DNA of 63,745 nt, filler included, from Folioceros fuciformis (taxonomy: Eukaryota), in NCBI GenBank assembly GCA_049999805.1. It is 20 parts of 20 records of this genome, joined end to end, with 100 filler letters (N's around TTAATTAATTAA, not from the genome) between each part and the next. Parts side by side here need not be neighbours in the genome. Positions count along the whole stretch, not along the records: positions 48,900 to 50,893 come from JBNGIO010003170.1; positions 50,994 to 52,146 come from JBNGIO010003171.1; positions 52,247 to 57,796 come from JBNGIO010003172.1; positions 57,897 to 59,527 come from JBNGIO010003173.1; positions 59,628 to 62,418 come from JBNGIO010003184.1; 15 more parts are not named here. One strand, 5' to 3'. The notes under the pieces are model-generated. The model was not told the origin of the DNA, made no database searches, and saw nothing but the letters and a program-made list of their open reading frames with translations. Positions within the stretch are counted from its first letter, which is position 1, and every line of letters begins with the position of its first letter. Both the position numbers and the translations under genes were made by a program. Below are positions 49,396 to 62,518 of this stretch, piece after piece.

Positions 49396-49866
49396 CTACG
49401 GCCTCAGCTCGTGAAAGACTGTAAGGGAACTTGTTTGACTTCTTTTCGATGCCACCCATTTTCCAGCAATAGCCGTTGTGGAAGTTCTCCTATTTGACGA
49501 GGGAGAAAACAGTGTCCATAAAGCTCCGGGAATGATGTTGAGCGGACGGGTGCTTCTGAGGAGGTTCGAAGCCATGAGCGCAAGCAATGGGCAGCTGGTG
49601 GCGCATTCCTCCCCAAAGTAGCCTGGCTTGCCGCAGGCTCTTGCTAAACATCCTGGGGGATCTCCAAAGGTTGCAGCCAGTCTCGGGATCCATTCCCAGT
49701 TCCAGGGGGTTACGGTGGCTTGGACAAGGGCCAGAGGCGCAGGCTGCCAGAAGAATGCATGCGGACAAAGCCGAGGGACTGACCAATTGGCCCATGGTGG
49801 AATGGAGCCAAATGGTGGAATGTCACTTTTAGGTGCCAGGTTTACAAGGCTGCCCCTTGAGGGCAC
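49396..49866 (-). mobile_element. Degenerate gag-like fragment
   Basis: Decayed knuckle RACGKPGYFGEEC. Confidence 0.35.
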
Positions 49867-50461
49867 CAGATCAGCAGCATGGAGGCTGAACGAACGTGAA
49901 GAGGTGGAGGCTCTGAAGGGTGTAGGATGCTCTGGTCAGAGTGAGGTTAGGTCAGGGTTAGGGTTAGGAATAGGTTGGAGTTAGGTTTAGGGTTTGACGA
50001 GTGGAGGGTTTTGTTGGAGGCGTGCTGACCTAGTTGGGAGTGACAGGGGTTCTTGGCCAAGGAGGTATAAGGGGCCAGGCCTGTCATTGAGGGGGGGCTT
50101 TTTTTGGTGAAGAGCGCCCTTGACCTTGTGTGCAGGCTGCTGGGTTAGAGGTTTAACCCAGTGTGCAGATGTGCCTTGGCCTTGATTCCCCATGCCACTA
50201 GGGGAACGTGGCGGCTCCCAAAATCGCCGAGATCTGGGTGGCCAGATCCGCAGGGGCTGGCCTATCTTGCATGCTGGTTGGGTGGTTGGGGTACCTTGAC
50301 GTCCCTAAGGGGTTTCCAAGGTGACGGATTGCAGGGCTGTGAGCCGAGGAGGCTATCCAGCCTGGGTCTGCACATCCCTGCCTCAAGGACTGCAAGTGAG
50401 GAGCTACTGTGTTCCAAAATCCAAGAGTGAGACGTGATGGTGAAGGGTTGAAGAGTTGAAG

Positions 50462-50590
50462 TGCTGGAGCAGAGATTTGAAGTGTTGGGGAAGTGCCGGA
50501 GTAGAGACTTGAGGTGCTGGAGTAGAGACTTGAAGGGCTGGAGTTTGGAGTTGTTGTGCTGGGGTGAAGAGCTTAGGTGCTGAAGTTCTC
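50462..50590. repeat. Degenerate 21-bp tandem repeat
   Basis: Unit approximately TGCTGGAGTAGAGACTTGARG. Confidence 0.6.
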
Positions 50591-50993
50591 AATCAATTGC
50601 TGGGGTGGCTGGCATTTAGGGCTGAGAGTAGAGGTCGAGGCCAGGGCTAGGGCCTCCTCTCAGCTGCTAAGGCGGCTGATACCCGTAGCTGGAAGTGGGA
50701 GCTGAAGATGATGCTGAGTCCTCATTCAACTGGGGCTGTGGTTGGTGTTGAAGACAGGGTTCTGATCTTTTTGCTATAGTGTGGTTAGGTCTAGGAGCCG
50801 GCTGATAGATAGGGTTAGATTTGGGTAGTGAGGGGGAGATTGTGGGGAACCTTGACACTAGTTCACTCCCTTGGGAGCGAATCCTAGTACTACNNNNNNN
50901 NNNNNNNNNNNNNNNNNNNNNNNNNNNNNNNNNNNNNTTAATTAATTAANNNNNNNNNNNNNNNNNNNNNNNNNNNNNNNNNNNNNNNNNNNN

Positions 50994-51510
50994 CTAACAC
51001 CACATGAGTTTAGCTCATATAGAGCTCGATAACTCAACACGGTTGACCTTCAGCACCCAGTTCAGCTTGGTGTACTTGACCTTCCTCCTCCCAAGATGAA
51101 TGCTGCCGACACACCGTTCTCCTCCTCCTTGCTCGTCCTTGCACAAGTATAACCCTGGCGGGGACGTCTCTAGATCTAAGACGATATCGTGGGCTCCCCT
51201 CAGCCTCCTCGGGTTGCATAACCCATGTAGCAGTTCACTCACAAAACGCCCAATCACTAGCAAGAGGTGGCATGCAAGCACACTTGTTAGAGAACCCTAG
51301 ATGCCTTCCCAACACAAAATAGAAAGCACAGCCACTCTAGATCTGATCATGTTGCAACATCTACAATTCCCTATGTCTACCCTAGGATTTAGGAACACAT
51401 CACAGCAAAACTCTAGCTCACATGTGGAGATTTCAGCACACGACCTTGCTCACACGCGATGCCATCTTGAAAATCGAAGCAAGTGTAGCAAGAGCAAAAC
51501 CCTAATTGTT
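50994..51510 (-). mobile_element. Highly decayed Tork-like copia gag start region
   Basis: 51461-51505 (GCCATCTTGAAAATCGA...GCAAAACCCTA) resembles the gag start context at 7614-7652. Confidence 0.35.
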
Positions 51511-52246
51511 GTCCAAAACTTCCAGGTGTAATCAGTCATTGAAAAGAGCTCCAACTTGCACAAAAAGCATACCATTTGACTTGCTTGGTTGAGATAAAAA
51601 GTTTGGTACAAGAATCAATAGCAAATGACCTATAATGTGGCCGCTATGAATCTAGAAGGCTGGAAGCTCTAAACTTGTTGGGTCAGCATTGCAACTAGCT
51701 GCTACCAAGACGGGGAAGATGGCGCCATGATATAGGTGCGTAACTATGTTCTCTAAGCCCAGTCGCCCTCATATCTCATAGACAATCGTCGAAATGACAT
51801 GAAACCAGCTCACATGCAGTTTCATAGACATTGTAGCAATGTCACGATTGATGGGTTGCCATTGCTAGGCACCTTTGAGTCACATAAGTCACACCGGAGC
51901 TGCCAATGTACATAGAAAATCCACGAGCATTACAACATTCTTGCCCCAAAACAGGCTGGAAATTACAAACATCAAGCAAGTGAAACCCTTGGTGTGGGGT
52001 CAGGGTCAGGCACTCTCCCTCGGTGCAATTTCAACAACTATTTTTTGCGGCGCCCGTCCCAAGGTTTAGTGCTGGCCGCCATGGTTGATGACGGTGATAA
52101 TTTCAAGTATCAATGATAATTATATCACAGTTGGTCTCACACTCTTNNNNNNNNNNNNNNNNNNNNNNNNNNNNNNNNNNNNNNNNNNNNTTAATTAATT
52201 AANNNNNNNNNNNNNNNNNNNNNNNNNNNNNNNNNNNNNNNNNNNN

Positions 52247-55200
52247 TGGCCTCTTATACACGGTGGTGGTGGTCTTTCCGCTATAAAGTCTGTCAGGGGT
52301 CAGTTGGCGCTCTTAAATTCCAAGCGGCTCAGGTCCAAGTAAAAGCATTCCAAAAAGAACACTATCCTTGCCTGCAATTACTATCGCTTCTCTCCACGCT
52401 GCTGGTGCCTTCCCCCCGGTCTGCGTGCGCCTCCTCTCACTGGTCCCCCTCTTGCTCTCCTACCCCTCCGCTGATTGGGCAGATCTTCCCACATGATCTC
52501 TACGTCACTACTGCTGCTGGACCTTTCTAGCGGTGGCACAAGTGTGCCCTGCCGTTGAGAACCATTGTTCTTCCTCCTCCTCTGGTTACTGAGGATGGCA
52601 ACAGGCTCCCGTTCTACCCATCGTTGGGCCTCTTCTTCCGTCAGCTCCTCCAGGACTGCCTCTGCGTAGCAATGGGGCAGGCCTGTCATCCACCAACTGT
52701 AGCGGTAGAGACCCTTGCAAGTCCTCAGATGCAGGCCGTAGCCCCGCATCCCTCCTGTGCCCATACGTACATACAGAAATAGTTTAAGAACTTTGGCCCC
52801 TTCCACATAAAGACCTGGCATATAGGAAGCCTCCTCCTCATATTGCAGCACAACCCAACCTTCTGTCATAAAGGAGGTGCTTACCCCTTCCTCCCTTGGA
52901 CTACCGTGGGTTGTTTGCTCCCCATCTTTTTGGGGTACTTGAAGGTCCTTCATCCGTCCAGCTGTTGCTTCCTCCGGCTCTGTCCTTCTGGTGCGGATCA
53001 ATCTCCTGGAGCGCCTAAGCTCAGGCACCTTCGTTGTTTCTTCCTTGGTTCCTAGGGCTGGTCCCTCGGCTACTCTGGGCTTAGCCGGGCTACCGGTAGC
53101 CCTGGCTACTACTCGGCTACCGGTAGTCTGCTCGACTACCGGTTCCCCTGCTCGACTACTGGTAGCCCCTTTAACTACCGGTGTCGACGTTTGACTTGGG
53201 CGCCCAACCTTACCCTTCCCCTTCACTCTCTCTTTGGCTTCGTCTCGCTCCCGCTTGTACCTATCAGTCAGCTTCTGGGCCTGTTCCACAGCGGCTACCT
53301 CCAGCACCTGCGCCTTGGCCATCTCCTGTTGTATCTCCAGGTTAGTCTCATGGGCCTCCCTCACCTGAGCTAGTAGGATCCCCTGTTGCTCTCTTCACGC
53401 TTGGACCTCGGCCTTTGCCTGGCGTGCCTCTTCCTCAGCCTGTGCCCTCTCCTTATCTAGGACTTGCTGTCTCTCCTCCAACAGTTGCCGCGCCGACTCT
53501 GATTGTGCCAGTAGCCTCCAGGCTTCAGCCTCCTGCTGGCATGCCTCTGCTTCCTTCCCTCGGACCTCGGCTTCCCGTTCCGCCTGCACACTCAGCCAGG
53601 TCAGTGCCCTAGCAGCCTGGTCCAGGAGATCTGCTTGGGCCTGTACGATCGCGGCAATCAGCCCTGGCAGATCCACCTCCTGCTTTTCTCCAACAGTCAT
53701 TCCTCTCGCCGTAATCTGCTTGCCCAGAAACTCCCTCAGCTTCTCCAGGTCTCCCACTTGCAGCCTGTCCTTCTGAGGAATGCTCCTGAAGATTTCCTCC
53801 CATCCTGAAAAAGCTCCTTGCGCCGAAACGTGCCCTAATTTGCTCTCATGCCTGGGAGGAATTAACTCGGCGGCTAACGTCTGCTCCTGAGACTCCTCCA
53901 ACCCTACTTCATCCTGCCCCTGCTCCTCTAGTCCTTGATCCGTGACTCCCTGGTCAGCGAGCTCCTGTTCTACCTCCTGTTCCTGTACAGCCCGCTCCTC
54001 TGTTTGACCTTCGATTTACTCCAGGGCTGTCTCCGGTGTCTCCGGCCTACTCCCTCCTCTCGTGCTCTGCCCGCTGACCCATCTCCTCTTGGCAAGGGTC
54101 TTCCTTTGAGCTTATGTTCTCTTCTTAGGCTTGACGGGAACCTCCCCCTCCGAGCTGTCCCCACTCCCCGACACCCAACTGCTGGAGTCAGCCTTCACTG
54201 GCTCAGCAGGCTTCCATTTTCCATCCCTGATTGGCCTCCACATGTGCAGTGAAGCCAACACCTCCAGTTCCGACACCAGGTTAGCATAACTATAAATATG
54301 CACTAGAAACGGGGAAATCATCAAGGGCTGAGGAGAGGGCAGGGTCAGGTTCTGCCTCTCCTCGTCCATCCTGGCATACAGAATTTTTCCCCATCAATCC
54401 TAGTCCCCTTCACTACCTCATGCACAAACAGGAGCATCTGGTCAAACAGATAATCCCGTTTGCAAACTTGGAGAAAACTAAGAAAACCACCTGGCCAGAC
54501 CCATCAGCTGCGGGCTCGCCATGTCACAAACCAACCATCCGTTAGCCTCCTTCTTCGTGCCTGGTTTGAGCAGTCCTTCAGCGTCTCTTGTACCTCCCCG
54601 TTTCCTCAGGGACTCTAGCACCAGTCCTCCCTCTTCTCGCTGGTCACGGCCATACACCCTCCTCACTAGCTCCAGGTTCCACCCCTGCGGTCTGCCTCTG
54701 ATCCCCTTCTCACGGACAGGTTCGTTCAACCTCAGGGTGCACTCCCTGACCAACTGTGGCGCTGCATGGTTCCACTTCTGGGTCATGAAACCCATACCCA
54801 ATTCATCCACCAGCCCTCCTGCTCTGACCCTCCAGTGCTCCATGTCGGGCCACAGAAGTAGGTCGATTCGGGGAACAGGAGGTTCCCCCTCCTGCTCGGG
54901 TACTGTCACTCCAGGCAGTAGTTCAAGGCGCGACCTCATCCTACCAACCTCCTCCTCTTGCTCCGGCTTCTGCGGTCCCTCCTCTCTCTTGATGAGCACT
55001 CGCTGCTTGCCTCGGCCCGTCCTGTTGCCTCAGCGTCTGCTTCCTTTCCAGCCGCCTTCACGCTCCCGGGTTACTACCCTTCATGTTTCGAATACTAACT
55101 TAATTCCCCTCCAGACTGCCCTTTAGGGTTTTTATACTAGCCGTTTTCTTCTCTCACTACTACTAGTTGGACTACCACCAGTCGCCCTTTTCGCGACGGT

Positions 55201-55553
55201 CGCCCCGCTGGCCACCGTCGCCCAGTCACCTCAACCCAACCTTTTTCCTAAATCCACAACTAGCTAGCCCCCTTCCCTACTCATTTCTATTCCTTATTTT
55301 TCAAGGGGGGGGGGGCATATATAACCACCTAAGTGTCCCCGAACCACCAAGGCCCAAGGGCAACCTTACTCACTCACTTCCAAATCGTGGTCTTCGATAT
55401 CCCAAACACCCAAAGACCAAGGCCATTTTTGAGTATGAATCCCCCTATCTTATTCACATACTAAGCCGATTCGCTCGTTCCTTCACACAAAAAATCGCAG
55501 CCTGCTCATTCTGTCACTCAAAATGGGAGTGTCGAAAGTTTTTTTCCTCTACA
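52247..55553 (-). mobile_element. ORF-bearing giant LTR, copy 2 (5' or solo LTR, truncated by contig end)
   Basis: Starts TGTAGAGGAAAAAAAC at 55553, as copy 1 does, but abuts unrelated gag with no PPT. ORF pieces 54478-54999, 54112-54369, 53395-53901 and 52381-53364. Confidence 0.85.
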
Positions 55554-57796
55554 CCTAGTAATGTTGAAATCGTGAAGAGAATGTTTGACCTTGAAACCCT
55601 GGTATAGGAGATGCGTTCCCTGGCACCTACACTTAACGCGAAGGAGGACAAGGCACGTGCACCTTGCAAAAGTGTGGCAGCTCGAAACACACCACAGGAT
55701 ACTATGTGAAAGGAGCATGCATCAAGTGTGGGGAAATAGGCCACACCGACTGGACTTGCCCAAAGTTTCCGTTAGTAAAGTAGCCACCAAACGCCCGGGG
55801 CCTAGAGTTGTCTGGAGAGGAGACAGTGAGAGGAGTGTTCTCTGACTGCATTCCCACCCCTCGCATCTTCGTTGTTGCAGATGAGGATATGAAGATCAGG
55901 GATAAAGAGGAGGATGACAAGGAAGAGGAGGTGAGGAGGAAGTCCAAGCAGCAACAGTGGGAGGCAGATCCTGCAGGGCCTGAGGTGGTCATGAAAGATG
56001 CTGAGGATCCCTCTATTTCTGCCAAGCCTAAGCGAAGGAGGAAGAAAGGATCAGTGCTACCACCAATCGCCAAAGACACACCTAGGTATTCCCTGGTAGA
56101 CAACATCGCTGACAGGCCGGTGAAGATGACCTTCAGACAACTCTTTGGTATAGTTCCATCTGCACGAAGAGAAATGGCTGCTGCTTTAAGTACCCGAGAA
56201 GCAAAACCAAAAAGAAATAAAGCCAAGGCGGTGGGAGAGACAAAGGAAGAAGTTGTTGGGACTTCTGCAGTTTTGAAGATAGGAGATCGGAGTGCAAAAG
56301 GCGGGTGGCTGCAGAAACATGATCCTCCTTCTGTCAAGGCTTGGGTGAACGATCGGGAAGTCCACGACGTGATTGTGGATGGCAGAGCCTCAACAAACAT
56401 TCTGAATGATAAGTGGCTTGCCCGACTCAATTTGGAGGACGCGAAGCTTAGGCCTTGAAGGAAGGTATTCAAGAATGCTTCTAACGTCCCACTGCCTGTG
56501 AAAGGAATCATAGACGGAGAGAAAGTCGTAGTGGAAGGAGTAAAGGTATCCATGGGGTTCGTTGTGGTTGAGCTCCTTGAACATGCTTATGGGATCATCT
56601 TTGGTCTGCCCTGGTTGGAGCTAGTAAAGGGAAGTCATGATTGGGACACGGGTATCTTGGAGATTGGACCAACACGGAAGCGAATCTAGGTTCCATCTTA
56701 GAAGCCTGCAGAGGTGGAGATGAGCGACTCTACAACTACCAGTGATTCAGGGAGTACAGGAAGTGAAGGGAAGCAACGATATATGAGGAGGATGATTCTG
56801 AGCTCGACATGGACCAAGATTTGGAAGCATTCAGTTCCGCTGCAGAAGTGCTGTATGCTCTATCAATCAGGGTGGCGATGGATAAGGTAGAACCAGCATT
56901 CTCTGTGGCGTACCCAGCTACTCAAGAGCTCAAGTTTCCAACCCCTAATGTGAAGAAGAAGACAGCAAGGGTAGGGACCCAACTTCATGGTGAGGAGCTG
57001 AAACAATACCAAGCCTTGTTTTCCAAATTTCATGATGTCTTCATTACAGAGCACGCGGAGATGCCAGCCACCAACCTGGGGGAGTTTCGTATCAACATCC
57101 CTACTGACACGAAACCCAAAATGCAAAAGTTACGAAGGTTGTCCCCCAAACACATGCAGGAGGTGAAGGAAGAGGTAGAGCGGCTCTTAGAAGCTGGTTG
57201 CATCGAGCTTGTAGAAGAGCCAGAGTGGGTGTCCCCCATTGTGATTTCAATGAAGAAGAATAGGAAGATTCGGATGTGTGTGGACTTTGGAGAACTGAAC
57301 AAGGCAACAGTGAAGGACAAGTATCCTCTGCCTTTCACTGACAAGATCCTGGACAAGGTGGCAGGACATGAAATGTACTCCTTTTGTGATGGTTACAATG
57401 GGTTCCACCAAGCCGCGATTGCCAAGGAAGATCAACCCAAGGTTGCGTTTGTTACTCCATGGGGGGTATTCATGTATAAGGCAATGCCATTTGGCCTCTG
57501 TAATGCCCCATCAGTCTTTCAGAGGTTTATGGTTGAAGCATTGCAGACCACCATAGGGAAGTGTCTTAGAGTTTTCCTTGACGACTTTACTGTCTACGGG
57601 AAACGGGCTGAACATCTTGCCCACCTGGAGCTGGTCTTCATTTGCCTTCAAAAAGCAAGACTAGGTCTTAAACCCACAGAAGTGTGTGTTTGGCGTCAAG
57701 GGTGGTGAACTCTTGGGCTTTATGGTCGACAACACTGGGGTTAAGGCTGATCCAAAGAAAGTTGAAAAGATCATGAGGAGACCTCCACCAGCTTCA
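55554..57796 (+). mobile_element. Ty3/gypsy gag end, protease and RT
   Basis: Knuckle CIKCGEIGHTDWTC (~55720-55760), IVDGRASTNIL...IFGLPWL, WVSPIV, RMCVDF, MPFGLCNAP, FLDD. Confidence 0.93.
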
Positions 57797-57896
57797 NNNN
57801 NNNNNNNNNNNNNNNNNNNNNNNNNNNNNNNNNNNNNNNNTTAATTAATTAANNNNNNNNNNNNNNNNNNNNNNNNNNNNNNNNNNNNNNNNNNNN

Positions 57897-58055
57897 GTGG
57901 GCTTATAAAGGATGATTACGAGGGGGTGTGTCCTTTCACTAGCCTGCTAGTTAACTAACTACTAACTAGTTGAGTCTAGTTTGACTAATCCACATTGGGT
58001 CTGGTCTAGTCGACCTTAACCAACGCTGTCTGCTCTATTTCTAACTCCCCTTCTC
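57897..58055 (-). repeat. PPT (GAGAAGGGGAG) and start of a putative 3' LTR
   Basis: Purine tract at 58045-58055 on the minus strand, downstream of RNase H; the LTR start is degenerate. Confidence 0.5.
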
Positions 58056-58337
58056 AGACACGTTGAGCTATCTGAGATCTCCGTAAAACAAAAGGAGACC
58101 ACTTGTTGTCGGAGTCTTGCAATGTGCTACAGTCTTCTACTCGCCTGTCTCAACTCGAGGTCGAACTTCCTCGCGCTGAGGCTGGCTCACCAGTGGCTCA
58201 CGGAGTAGTACACTGGTTGTGGGCAGGGGAGAAGCAAGCTGTCTGCAACAATTGTCAACTTCAAGTGATGGAACAGAAGATGATAAACCTCACCATATGA
58301 GTGACTTGTCTAGCGAAATAAAGCTACTACAGTCTAC

Positions 58338-59437
58338 TTATCCAAGCCCTTCTCTGTAGAAGCAATGTTTAAACTTGGGCAAGGATTTAGTCAACATATC
58401 TGCTGTGTTGTCGTCTGTTGGTACATACTGTACCTTTACTATTCCCCTTTCTGCAGCATCATGGATATAGTGATGTTGAATCTCTATGTGTTTCGTGCGT
58501 GCATGGAACACGGGGTTAGCAACTAAAGCAATTGCTGACATATTATCACACTTAAGTATTGTTGGCCCTTCTTGCATCATACCTAGATCCTCACACATCT
58601 TCCTTTCCCATTCAGCCTCTTTTGTGGCTTCAGTGAGAGCCTTGTACTCCGATTCTGTTGATGAAAGTGATATGGCTGCTTGTTTTCTACAAGATCAATT
58701 AATAACAGTGGAGCCAGCAAGAAAGCAATATGCTGAAATACTTTTCCAGGTGTCAGCGTCTGAAGCCCGATCTGCATCCACATAACATGTAAGCAGGAGG
58801 TGCTTCTTTCCGCTAGGTTTGTAGTATGCATAGGCCATAATTTTGAGTACCCTTGAGATACCGCATGACGCATTTGAGACAACCCAGTGATCCCTCCCTG
58901 GATTCTCTAAGAACTGAGCAATAGCATTTACGGTGTTTGAGATGTCTGGTCTTGTTTGATTACTCAAGAACATGAGAGTTCCAATTCCCATGAGGTAGGG
59001 CATAGTCTCCATCTCCTTCTTGTCCTCTTCTGACTGAGGGCAAGAAGCAGATGAGAGCTTAATACCAACGGCACCTAGTGTGGCTGCCAAGCTTCTGCTG
59101 AGGTGAGGGCACCATTAGTGTGATGGAGAGTGACTTCGTCCAGGCCAGAAATAAGCATGTGCATAGCCTGTCTGTCTTGCCTTGTCCCTGAGTCAAGAGC
59201 AGGTGAAGGTCCAGGTGGTTTCGGGAGAGAGCCATCAACGATGGCAAGAAGATCTCGAGTATTGAGAGCAGTCTTCATCCGCTTAGACCAAACTTCAAAC
59301 TTGGTGCCGTCAAAACGGTCTTTCTCCTTAAAATCCGTACTCACATTCATAACATTAATGATTGGAGCAGGAGGAGAAGGTGTCGGTGTTGGTGGTGTAG
59401 GTGGAGGAGTAGCCATCGTTTCAGCAACAGAAACCAA
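58338..59437 (-). mobile_element. Internally deleted copia: gag N-terminus joined directly to RT C-terminus/RNase H
   Basis: KEKDRFDGTKFEVW...SAEAWQ, then within a few codons GIKLS...PYLMGIG, TRPDI, YVDAD, HARTKHIEI. Confidence 0.88.
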
Positions 59438-59627
59438 ATTGGTGTTGAGTTGTGTGATTGAATGCCAGAGAGCTTGATAATGTTGGGTACGTTGCTCCTG
59501 TGCTGTAGCTCTTGCTTGTGCCTCACCNNNNNNNNNNNNNNNNNNNNNNNNNNNNNNNNNNNNNNNNNNNNTTAATTAATTAANNNNNNNNNNNNNNNNN
59601 NNNNNNNNNNNNNNNNNNNNNNNNNNN

Positions 59628-62418
59628 TGGTCAGGGAGTGCGCCCTGAGGCTGATAGAGCCTGTACGCGAGGAGGGGATCAGAGGCAGACCAGGAATGGA
59701 ACCTGGAGTTGATCAGGAGGGTCTACGGGCAGGACCAACAGGAGGAAGGGGGACTAGTGCTGGAGTCCCTAAAAAGGTGTGGCGGAACGGGAGCGACAGA
59801 AACACTGCTCAAGGCAGGCACGAGAAAGGAAGCCAACGGGTGGCTGGTGCACGACATGGCAAGTCCCCAGCTGTTGGGATTGGCCAGGTGGTTCCTAAGC
59901 TTCTTCCAGGTATGCAAACAGGATTATCTGTCCGATCAGATGCTCTTGTTTGTGCATGAAGTAGTGAAGGGCACCAGGATCGACTGGGGAAGGATTTTAT
60001 ACACCCGGATGGATGAGGAGAGGCAGAACCTGCTCCGACCCACCCCTAAACCTTTTATGATTTCCCCGTTTCTAATCCACGTGTACAATCATGCTAACCT
60101 GGTCACTGAGCTAGAAAGGTTGGCCTCGCTGCACCTGTGGAAGCCAGTTCGTGATGTAAAGTGGAAGCCCGCTGAGCCAGCAAGGGCTGCCTCCAGCAGT
60201 TGGGAAGCTGAAAGTGGGAATAGCTCGCAGGAGGAAACCCCAGTCAAGCCCAAGAAGAGGGTGGCCCCACAAAAGGAGGCTCCTGCCAGGAGGAAAAGGA
60301 TCAGAGGACAAAGTGTGAACATGGGGGCTGATCAGGAGGAAGGGGGTACAGCCCTGGAGCAGACAGGTCAGCAGGAGGCAGAACGAGAACCAATTGTCCA
60401 GGGAATCAAGAACCAAAGGTTGGAGTAGCAAGGTCAAGGTGGGACAAGACCCGAGGAGCCACCGGATCAGGTGATGGCAGCTGACACAATTTCCTCCAGA
60501 CAGGAGGATAAGTTAAGGCACGCTTCAGCACAGGAGGGTTCCTCAAGGTGGAAGGACATTTTCAAGTGCAGGCCTCAGAGAGACAGGTTGCAGGTGGGGG
60601 ACTTGGAAAAGTTGCGAGAATTCCTGGGCAGACAAATCACAGAGAGAGGAATGGGCACCGGAGGGGTGCAGGAGGTGGACCTACTCGGGGTGACTGTTGC
60701 GATGGTACAGGCCCAAGCAGACCTCATGGATCAGGCTGCTAGGGCCCTGACCTAGTTAGGTGTACAAGCGGAGCGAGAGGCCGAGGCTTGGGGAAAGGAG
60801 GAGAAGGCTCGTGAGCGAGAGGCTGAAGCAAGGAAGCAACTGGCGGAGTCAAAGATGGCGCGGCAACTGCTGGAGGAGAAGCAGCGGGTCCTGGACAGGG
60901 AGAAGGCTCAAGCTGAGGAAGAGGCGCACGAGGCGAGGGCTGAAGTACAGGCGCTGAAAGAGCAAGAGGGGACCCTGCTAGCTCAGGTGAGGGAGGCTCA
61001 CGAGACTAACCTGGAGATGCAACAGGAAATGGCTAGGGCACAGAAGATGGAGATAGCCGCTATGGAGCAGGCTCAGAAGTTGGCTGATAGATACAAGAGG
61101 GAGCGAGATGAGGCCAGAGAGAGAGTGAAGGGGAAGAGCAAGGCTGGGCGACGGAGTCAGTCGGTGCTCCCGATAGCAGAAGGGGCTACCGGTAGCCGAA
61201 CTAGGGGAACTGTAGTTGAGGGGACTACCGGTAGTCCGGTAGTCCACGGGACTACCAATAGTTGGGTAGCCGATGGGGCTACTGGTGGCCCAGCAAGGCC
61301 CAGGGATAGGGGAAGAACCAACCCTGGAAACGAAGGAGGAAGCAGTAGGGGAACCTGCCCCTAGGCGCTCCAGGAGGGTGACCCGTACCAGGAGGATAGA
61401 GTTGGAGGAGGCAACAGCTGTGCAGGCAGAGAACCTTCAGGTACCCCAGCAAGAGGGGGAGCAGGCAACCCGAGGTAGCCCAAGGGAGGACGGGGTAAGC
61501 ACCTCTGTTATGATAGAAGGTCGGATTGTGCTGCAGTATGAGGAGGCCTCATGTGCCAGGCCTGTATGTAGAAGAGGCTAAAGTTCTGAAGCTGTTTCTG
61601 TATGTACATATGGGCACAGGAGGGACGCGGGGCTATGTCCTACAACTGAGGACGCGCCAGGGACTCTACCACTTCAGATGGTGGGTGACAGGACTGCCCC
61701 ATTGCTATGCGGAGGCAGTTCTGGAGGAACTGACGGAAGAGGAGGCCCAGCACTAGGTAGAACGGGGGCCTGTGGCTGTCTTCAGCAACTAGAGAAGGAG
61801 GAGGGGTGGTGGACCATAGCGGCGGGACCCACCTGCGCCGCCGGCCAGGTCCAGCAGCAGCAGCAGTGATGTGGAGATCCTCTGGGAGGATCTGCCGGAC
61901 CAACGGAGGGGCAGAAGAGCGAGAGGAGGAACAGCAAGGGGCGACACGCGAAGGCCAGGAGGAAGCCGCCAGCGGCGTGGAAAACGGCGACAGTAAATGC
62001 AGGCTAGAATAGGTTTTTTTTAGCGTGCTTTATTTGGACCCAAGTCGCTCAGGATTTAAGAGCGCAGCTCCCCTGCCTGACAGACTTTATGGGGGAAAAA
62101 CCGCCATCACCATGTACAAGAGGCCGGTTTGGAGGCCTAAGGAATCAATAAGCACCAGCCGAACAGTCGACCTTGCAGGGACCTAGCGATGGCTGTTGCT
62201 GGACAGGAGGTCCAGGCAAGCGAGCGCACGTAGCAACCAGGGGTGCGGGTGTAGGTGGTGGGCGCTCCGTGATCAGATCCGGGGACGAATTGGGAGGAGG
62301 AGCCTCGCCGAGTGGGAGAGAAGCTCCCTAGCTATCCTCGAGGTGGTCACGTGGGGTGGTGTGGGTGTTGGAGCCGAATCCGTGAGTGCGGAGTGGAAGG
62401 GACTCCTCTTCCCTTAGC
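59628..62418 (+). mobile_element. ORF-bearing giant LTR, copy 3 (internal part)
   Basis: ORF pieces 59709-60428, 60471-60755, 60855-61364 and 61526-61756, plus downstream non-coding sequence, all collinear with copies 1 and 2. Confidence 0.85.
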
Positions 62419-62518
62419 NNNNNNNNNNNNNNNNNNNNNNNNNNNNNNNNNNNNNNNNNNNNTTAATTAATTAANNNNNNNNNNNNNNNNNNNNNNNNNN
62501 NNNNNNNNNNNNNNNNNN

